Positions 57,743 to 64,000 of a stretch of DNA of 64,000 nucleotides are shown piece after piece (within the stretch, counting starts at the first letter, position 1; every line of letters starts with the position of its first letter). The notes under the pieces are model-generated. The model was not told where the DNA came from. It was given only the letters and a program-made list of their open reading frames with translations, and searched no databases. Origin of the DNA: an uncultured Pseudomonadota bacterium (GTDB lineage Bacteria; Pseudomonadota; Alphaproteobacteria; RF32; CAG-239); the NCBI GenBank assembly GCA_949295995.1, contig CASFNK010000033.1, positions 2,485 through 66,484 of the forward strand, written 5' to 3'. The position numbers and the translations under genes were made by a program.

Positions 57743-59008
57743 TTAATTTAAAACCGATACCACTTGTCCCAAAATACGATATTTTCCGGCTTCAAATTCT
57801 TTTTTTAAGAGCTTACGATTTTTACGAACCTCCAAAATATCATTCATCGGTGCCTTATACATTTCCACCATAGCCTGCATAGTTGCATATTGTAAATCTG
57901 CCAAACGCTCATTTAAAGTTTCTTCTAAATAAGCATTATATGCCCCGCTTTGAAAAGCTTTCACACTGGCCAAAGTTGCGCTACGCATCATTCCCATTCG
58001 GTATGCTTTAATTGTTTTATCACAAGTATAAGCCCATCCTTCGGGAGAAAATCCTTCTCCGCCAACAGCCAAACGAAGCTCTGTTTCCAACCCAGCCAAA
58101 CGCAATTTCTGTACCAATCGCTGACAAGGATTAACAATATCTTTCAATCCGTTCATTGGTAAACCGATTTTATTTTCAATCTCCCAAATATCCAGGAGAT
58201 TACCCGCATTATAAATTCGTCCCTGAACCCGAATATCCTCACCGATTTTATAAACTTTAGGCAAAGTTCTGGCAAAAGCCTTCACATCTGCACTTGTGAG
58301 TGGGCTATTAATATCGGGATTAATGGTGCGCAAATCACTAGCTCCTACTTTCACCTCAGGCTTAGCACCGGGAATAAATTCTTCTTCGGGCACCAATTCT
58401 CTGATTTTTTGATATAATTTTTCGTCATATTCTACTTTGGGAGATGCTTTTTTTATGATTGGTCTTTCTTGAGGTGTTCTGTTCTCCGGCCACATTTCAG
58501 GCATAAGCAAATAATAAAGATAAGGAGACAAAAACTCTAAATCTTCAATTCCGGCCAATTGAGGAGCGATTCGCGTCGGAAATTTATTTTTTGTTTCCTT
58601 AATTCCCGGCATATTAAGCACTTTTTCGGGCATATTTGGAACCGTATGCAAATAAGGTCCGATATATTGATAATACTCTTTAGGCATTAGAGAGAGCATA
58701 TCAAGCAAATCCTGTTCATGTTCATTACGAATACGCTTTTCGGTTGAACCATAATCGGTTATGGTCAACCGAAACAAATCATCAAATAGATTACCGATAT
58801 CCCAATGAAAATCATAACGCCGATTATACCGCCGTCTGCCGACAATATATTTTTGCTCCAGTTCTTCATACTTCGGCAAGGACATATCCATATCCACTTT
58901 ATAGTATTTGGCAAAATCAGCCGCACCGGCGCACACATTATGCGCCGTCAATAGAAATCCGCCCCAAAGACAAGAGCAAACAAATATTTTAGTTTTGGTT
59001 AAGAGCAC
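57743..59008 (-). CDS. Exported hypothetical protein
   Basis: 421-aa ORF with a signal-like N-terminus, overlapping the stop of the DUF4139 gene. Confidence 0.7.
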   Translation of the reverse strand: MLLTKTKIFVCSCLWGGFLLTAHNVCAGAADFAKYYKVDMDMSLPKYEELEQKYIVGRRRYNRRYDFHWDIGNLFDDLFRLTITDYGSTEKRIRNEHEQDLLDMLSLMPKEYYQYIGPYLHTVPNMPEKVLNMPGIKETKNKFPTRIAPQLAGIEDLEFLSPYLYYLLMPEMWPENRTPQERPIIKKASPKVEYDEKLYQKIRELVPEEEFIPGAKPEVKVGASDLRTINPDINSPLTSADVKAFARTLPKVYKIGEDIRVQGRIYNAGNLLDIWEIENKIGLPMNGLKDIVNPCQRLVQKLRLAGLETELRLAVGGEGFSPEGWAYTCDKTIKAYRMGMMRSATLASVKAFQSGAYNAYLEETLNERLADLQYATMQAMVEMYKAPMNDILEVRKNRKLLKKEFEAGKYRILGQVVSVLN

Positions 59009-60428
59009 TGCTTAATCTGACCTTATAAGAAAGAGTTGTTTTCCCTCGAGCCGGAACACTAACCTGCCACTCTGCTTTTTCGGCAGTTTTGTTTTGGGCA
59101 GGAATATTTTCTTCTAACATATTCCAAAGCGAGCCAAAACTCTGCACAAAACTAACCGATTCGCTTTTATCCGATGCATTACTGAAAATAATCTCAATCA
59201 AAGCCTCGACCGCATTGGGAGCAACTTTTTGAATATTCACAACCTTACCTTCAGCCGTCAGATCAAATGATTTACCGAGTTTGAGTTCTGATTTTTCACC
59301 GACCGCCAATTGAGCAAACACATTTTCACCCAAGAAGGCTAAATTTTGCGATTGTTGCTTATCATAAAAACGAATAACACCTTGTGGCAAAACTTCACCT
59401 AAGCCGGCATTTTTATCATTATTGAGTTGAACGATCTCATCAGGTGTTTGTTTTTCAAAACTTCCCCCGGTTACACCGTTCCATAAATAGAAGGGCGATA
59501 CAAACTTATATTCTTTTTGATAAGTAACATTTTTCTTTTCCAACAAAGCCAATTGTTTTGACTGATTATTCAAAACGTCTGTTTTAAAAGGCAATGTATA
59601 AAAATAGTAACTTCCCAGTTCTTTAGGCATTTGATTAAGAGCCGTTGTTTTTCCCATCACGGCCATATTGGCATTTTGAGTTTTTGCCGACAACATCACT
59701 GCTCGAGGTTGAATACCGCTGTTGTTATTAACTTGATTAACCTCACCTGCCACAAATTGCAAAGTAGCATTTTTATAATCTGCACCGGATTCGTTATTCA
59801 AAGTAATCCATCCCCAAAGATTAAGTTTATCATCACTCAGCATTTCGGCAGTATAATCAACTTTCCAAGAAATTCCTTTGGTCAAATAAGAGAGTGTTAG
59901 CGGTTGCACTCCGTCTTTTTGCGTCATAATCTGAGCGGATAAGGTCGGAACCGAAACTAATCCTTCGGGGAGCTTGTCAAAAATCAAGCGCCCCGGAAAA
60001 TCAATTTCTATTCCGTAATTAAACTGCAAAATTGACCGTCCATAACGGCTATCAATAATTTTCGCCTCATCAAAAATAGTTTTGCCCGTTGCCTCGTCAA
60101 CAAGCGCAGTTTTCACAGTTTTACCGATAGAAGCATCAACAATATTAATTGGCGTTTGCAAATTATAGTTATAATTTTGTTCTATAACTTGAATATCCGA
60201 ACCATGCAAAATAGCCGTTTCGGGCAACATTTTTTCGGCTACATTTTCAAATACCAAAGAATTTTTACCGACAACAAGATTAAATTCCCTCACATCCCTG
60301 ACTAAACCAAGGTTTCCGTTATAAACACTCAAAGTTACATTGTGAACACCATCTTCCGCCCAAACGGACAAAGGAAGCATACACAAACTCAAAATACCCA
60401 ATAATGCAAAATATCTCTTCATCAGCAC
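58989..60428 (-). CDS. DUF4139 domain protein
   Basis: LSVYNGNLGLVRD, LSYLTKGISWKVDY, TLNNESG ... AGEVN. Confidence 0.8.
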   Translation of the reverse strand: MLMKRYFALLGILSLCMLPLSVWAEDGVHNVTLSVYNGNLGLVRDVREFNLVVGKNSLVFENVAEKMLPETAILHGSDIQVIEQNYNYNLQTPINIVDASIGKTVKTALVDEATGKTIFDEAKIIDSRYGRSILQFNYGIEIDFPGRLIFDKLPEGLVSVPTLSAQIMTQKDGVQPLTLSYLTKGISWKVDYTAEMLSDDKLNLWGWITLNNESGADYKNATLQFVAGEVNQVNNNSGIQPRAVMLSAKTQNANMAVMGKTTALNQMPKELGSYYFYTLPFKTDVLNNQSKQLALLEKKNVTYQKEYKFVSPFYLWNGVTGGSFEKQTPDEIVQLNNDKNAGLGEVLPQGVIRFYDKQQSQNLAFLGENVFAQLAVGEKSELKLGKSFDLTAEGKVVNIQKVAPNAVEALIEIIFSNASDKSESVSFVQSFGSLWNMLEENIPAQNKTAEKAEWQVSVPARGKTTLSYKVRLSSALNQN

Positions 60429-60568
60429 TCTCCTAATTAATTATCCAATAATATAATCGATAAAAAAACAAAAAAAAAGTGATAAAATGTGAATATTGCT
60501 AGACTCGTGGATATTAATGACGTATTATCAAAACTAAATTAGTATTTCTCAAGAGAGGAGATAAGGAT

Positions 60569-61156
60569 ATGGCATGGACAGAGCAAATGATTGAAGACCT
60601 GAAAAGAATGTGGGATGAAGGTCTGTCAACAGGAGAAATAGGCAAACGCCTAGGCGTTACCAAAAACTCGATTATCGGTAAAGTTCACCGTTTACAATTA
60701 ACCGCCCGCCCCTCTCCGATAAAGAAGAAAGAAGACGGTGCCTCTTCGACCCCAAAAGCCAAAGAAGCGAAAAGTGCAAAACCTGCCACTTCTGGCAAAC
60801 AGGCTTCCACTCCTAAGGTTTCCACCCCAACTGCTCCTAAAGTAACGCCTCAAGAGGTCAAAAAAACTCCGAAAGAAGAATTGGAAATTTCTCAAATTCC
60901 CGCAAAAGAAGAAATTGAAGAAATTACCCCCAAACGGGACCGCATAGAAACAATACGTAATTCTGTTCACGTTGACCATCCCAAAGGCAAGCACAAAACC
61001 ATGTTAACAGATTTGGACAATCACACTTGTCGCTGGCCGATAGGCGATCCCAAAGACGAAAATTTTCATTTTTGCGGCCGTAAAGTAAAGATAGGCCAAA
61101 CCTATTGCGAAGAACATGCCGCCATAGCTTACGTTAAGGCCAACTCAAAAAAATAA
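60569..61156 (+). CDS. gcrA: GcrA cell-cycle regulator
   Basis: WTEQMIEDLKRMW ... KNSIIGKVHRL ... CRWPIGDP ... FCG ... YCEEH. Confidence 0.93.
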   Translation: MAWTEQMIEDLKRMWDEGLSTGEIGKRLGVTKNSIIGKVHRLQLTARPSPIKKKEDGASSTPKAKEAKSAKPATSGKQASTPKVSTPTAPKVTPQEVKKTPKEELEISQIPAKEEIEEITPKRDRIETIRNSVHVDHPKGKHKTMLTDLDNHTCRWPIGDPKDENFHFCGRKVKIGQTYCEEHAAIAYVKANSKK

Positions 61157-61228
61157 ACTTTGCAAATTATTAACAAATTTATGTTAATTTATATAAAGTA
61201 TTATGAAAATTTATAAGGAAGTAACAAA

Positions 61229-62041
61229 ATGTCTCTAGGAAGCCTTTTAGCCTTTTTGGCTGGTTTTGCGGTTGTAATCGGCTCAATAATATCTGCAACA
61301 GACCACCCAATGGCTTTTATTGATATTCCGAGTATTATCATTGTTGTCGGCGGAACGTTTGTGGCATCTTTTATTTCTTATGAAGCAAAGACAGCTCTTG
61401 GGGGGCTTAAACTCGGCTTAAGCACATTTAAAAAGCACAAAGATTCGGAAACCTCTCTCAAAGATGAAGTCGGTCGTATTGTTCGTTGGGCCTATATTAT
61501 CCAAAAAAATGGTCTTCAAGGTTTAGAAAACGAAATAACCGATGAGTTGCGCGAAAACAATGCCTTTTTAGCTTACGGAGCAGATTTGGTTGTTACAGGC
61601 TATACCGGAGCGGAAATCAAACAAATTTTGGAACACATGTTAGAATCTCAAGCCGAAAGGACCAAACGCATCAGTGATGTTTTAATGAAATTAGGCGGTG
61701 ATGCTCCTGCATTCGGTATGTTAGGAACTTTGATTGGCTTAATCATTATGTTGGGCAGCATGGCCGGCGACCCGTCAGCCATTGGTCCGAGTATGGCAGT
61801 TGCTTTGGTAACCACGTTTTATGGTATTATTCTTGCCCGTATCATTTTCATTCCATTAGCCACCAAAGCTAATTCACGCAACGATGTTACTTTATTAAAA
61901 AACACCTTACAAATGGAAGGATTGGTATTATTGGCAGAACGCAAGAGCCCGCGTTACATTCAAGATAAAATCAACTCCTTTGTTGATAGCAAAGAGCAAT
62001 TTCTGATTGATAGAGATATGAACAACTCCTCCGCTCAATAA
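61229..62041 (+). CDS. motA: Flagellar stator A subunit, PomA/MotP-like
   Basis: APAFGMLGTLIGLIIML ... IGPSMAVALVTTFYG. Confidence 0.88.
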   Translation: MSLGSLLAFLAGFAVVIGSIISATDHPMAFIDIPSIIIVVGGTFVASFISYEAKTALGGLKLGLSTFKKHKDSETSLKDEVGRIVRWAYIIQKNGLQGLENEITDELRENNAFLAYGADLVVTGYTGAEIKQILEHMLESQAERTKRISDVLMKLGGDAPAFGMLGTLIGLIIMLGSMAGDPSAIGPSMAVALVTTFYGIILARIIFIPLATKANSRNDVTLLKNTLQMEGLVLLAERKSPRYIQDKINSFVDSKEQFLIDRDMNNSSAQ

Positions 62042-62056
62042 TCCAAGGAAAAGGAT

Positions 62057-62716
62057 ATGAAAAAGAAACAAGCCGAAAAAATTGATGAAGATTGGATGTC
62101 CACTTACGGGGACATGGTAACATTATTGCTTTGTTTCTTTGTTATGATGCTGGCAGCCTCCACACCGGACGCCGCCAAATTTGAACAAATCCAAGCAGGA
62201 TTAAACGAAGGCGTCGGCAAACAAGAGACCCAACCCCGCCCAATAGAAATGATGATGGTTGAGTTAAGTGATGACCTCCAGTCAATGGACGTTGAAGACA
62301 AAGTAGCATTAGGAACCGACACTCAAGGCATTGTTCTTGAATTTGAGGGAGACACATTATTTGATTATGGTTCAGCAGTCATTAAAAATGAAATGATACC
62401 CGCCCTCAAGCGTATAGCAGCAACCCTTCAATCCGAAAGATACAATAAATTCATCTTCAGCATTGAAGGACACACCAGCGATGAAAAATTCTCCAACGCA
62501 CAATATCCGTCTAATTGGGAATTATCATCAGCACGCGCCGGAGCTGTTGCCAGATTTTTTGAAGAAAGAGGCATTAACCGCGTCAGATTGCGTACCGCGG
62601 GTTTATATGATGTATCCCCGAAATATCCTAACAAAGATCCTTTCGGCGAACCGATACCGCAAAACCGCATCAAAAACCGCCGCGTTGTTATCCACGTTGA
62701 ACCATCATATAACTAA
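62057..62716 (+). CDS. motB: Flagellar stator B subunit, PomB/MotS-like
   Basis: WMSTYGDMVTLLLCFFVMM, EGHT, SNWELSSARA, NRRV. Confidence 0.88.
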   Translation: MKKKQAEKIDEDWMSTYGDMVTLLLCFFVMMLAASTPDAAKFEQIQAGLNEGVGKQETQPRPIEMMMVELSDDLQSMDVEDKVALGTDTQGIVLEFEGDTLFDYGSAVIKNEMIPALKRIAATLQSERYNKFIFSIEGHTSDEKFSNAQYPSNWELSSARAGAVARFFEERGINRVRLRTAGLYDVSPKYPNKDPFGEPIPQNRIKNRRVVIHVEPSYN

Positions 62717-62719
62717 GTC

Positions 62720-63313
62720 TCAAAAAAGATTTCCTTCCATCTGCCAAGAGGAACCGTCCCACACCAGAAGAAACGCGGCACAATTAGGAATTTTTTCAAA
62801 AGAAAAATTAAGTCGATTTAACATAGCGGCCATTGTTCCGCCATGAATTGCGATGCCCATACGCTGATAGGGCAAATCTTTCAATTCATCTAACACCGCC
62901 CATACACGGTTTAACGCCACATCTTTTCTTTCCCCATTGGCAAAAGCAATATTCATATATTGGGGCTTATTCCAGTTATTAACGATTTCGGGACAAGATT
63001 TTTGCAAATCAGCAATCAACTGTCCTTCGGCATCACCATAAAAACACTCTCTTAAATCATCTTTAATCACAACCGGCAAATGAAGCGCATCGCCTAACAC
63101 TTGCGCCGTGTGCTTGGCACGAACCAAAGGTGAGGAAAAAATCATTTCCAAATTTTTATCCTTCAGCTTTTCAATCAGCCCTTGCGCTTGTCGAATACCG
63201 TTTTCATTTAAATCATAATCCATACCGGAACCTTGCCAACGCTTTTGCAAATTCAAATCAGTTTCACCATGTCTAAAAACATAAAACTCTTTTCTCATCA
63301 CTCTATTTCCCAT
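62720..63313 (-). CDS. Histidine phosphatase (phosphoglycerate mutase family)
   Basis: RHGET, SSPLVRA, LRE, HGG. Start may be ATG 63298. Confidence 0.9.
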   Translation of the reverse strand: MGNRVMRKEFYVFRHGETDLNLQKRWQGSGMDYDLNENGIRQAQGLIEKLKDKNLEMIFSSPLVRAKHTAQVLGDALHLPVVIKDDLRECFYGDAEGQLIADLQKSCPEIVNNWNKPQYMNIAFANGERKDVALNRVWAVLDELKDLPYQRMGIAIHGGTMAAMLNRLNFSFEKIPNCAAFLLVWDGSSWQMEGNLF

Positions 63314-63431
63314 TATTTAGACTTAAAATTGTTTAGACTTAAATAAGCCACCAAACACAAAAACTCAAGAAAAATTTAGGCCTCATATTCTCAAAAACAC
63401 TCACACAAACAAGCTTTGATTCTTCAAAGTA

Positions 63432-64000
63432 TTAAATAACGACCAAACAGATACCCCAAATAATTAGAGTAAAAAAGCTCAACTTTTTAGCAACATTCTT
63501 TACTTGAAAATCTTCCCGAAACTGACTTCCCCCAAATTTATAAAAACACCCACCCAGAAACAAAGCAAAAATACTTTGCGATGAACTTATTGCTTCAACA
63601 GTTAACACAGGCAAATGAGCCAAAGATAATATCATAATCCAAAATCCCCCCTGACTTAACATTTCATTAAATAGAAATAATTTTACTTTTTTTCTATATC
63701 TCGGAAACGTATCTACAATATCATCTCTGGTATTTTTAAATAACAAGAAAGAACAACTAATTAAAGAAGCAAATAATGACATCCAAAATAAGACAGTCAC
63801 AAAATCAATATGTTGTAAAGAATATTTAGATAAGACCGTAACCAAAGATAACAGAACAGAAACCAACAACATCAAAAAGAAAGCAATATTTAGTTTACAC
63901 TTCCGTACATCAAAATTTAAAATAAAAGTAGATGCGACAATTATGCCAAATCCCACATACTGAGAAAGAGCCAATTTTTCATCAACAATCAAATAAGCCA
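63432..64000 (-). CDS. EamA/DMT-like membrane transporter (5' end lies outside the window)
   Basis: Several TM helices with DMT-like spacing. Frame runs to the window edge. Confidence 0.6.
   Translation of the reverse strand, partial: AYLIVDEKLALSQYVGFGIIVASTFILNFDVRKCKLNIAFFLMLLVSVLLSLVTVLSKYSLQHIDFVTVLFWMSLFASLISCSFLLFKNTRDDIVDTFPRYRKKVKLFLFNEMLSQGGFWIMILSLAHLPVLTVEAISSSQSIFALFLGGCFYKFGGSQFREDFQVKNVAKKLSFFTLIIWGICLVVI

Noticed and set aside
61170-61187. TTAACA-N6-TGTTAA palindrome upstream of the second motA as a CtrA box
   Set aside because: TTAA-to-TTAA spacing is 10, not 7. It may bind another factor, but nothing here supports that.
63316-63343. 12-bp direct repeat tttagacttaaa, two copies
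   Set aside because: Only two AT-rich copies with a 4-bp spacer. Not a CRISPR array, and no element lies between them.

Overview
Chromosomal segment of an AT-rich alphaproteobacterium. Evidence: gcrA, flaF, the flgFGAH order with a sigma-54 promoter and CtrA-like box, and rpoZ-spoT-acpS-lepB-rnc-era synteny. The mix of Firmicutes-, Bacteroidetes- and spirochaete-like accessory genes suggests an uncultured gut lineage such as RF32 (inference). The left half holds a sucrose-phosphate-synthase-like GT4, a Bacillus-like motAB, a surface-polysaccharide region (rmlACDB, two AlgI/AlgJ-type O-acetylation modules, an FrhB/pyruvyl-transferase fusion, galE, ugd) and nagAB. The right half holds slt, udg, pheST, rpmI-rplT, lolCD, flagellar genes, the spoT-era cluster, gcrA and a second, PomAB/MotPS-like stator. 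I saw no tRNA, rRNA, CRISPR array, transposase or prophage. Most interesting signals: (1) a three-hairpin RNA behind flgH whose two near-identical loops (UUCUCCCCAUUU) are complementary to the GGGGAGA ribosome-binding sites of flgF, flgG and flgH, next to a tandem-domain FlaF; (2) a family of palindromic elements resembling Rickettsia RPEs, including a ~230-bp multi-hairpin form, abutting stop codons; (3) two stators predicted to use different ions, one with an apparently chimeric MotB; (4) a DHH-like protein with permuted motif order; (5) an RPP-ending candidate arrest peptide. All family calls come from motif recognition by eye; no searches were run.
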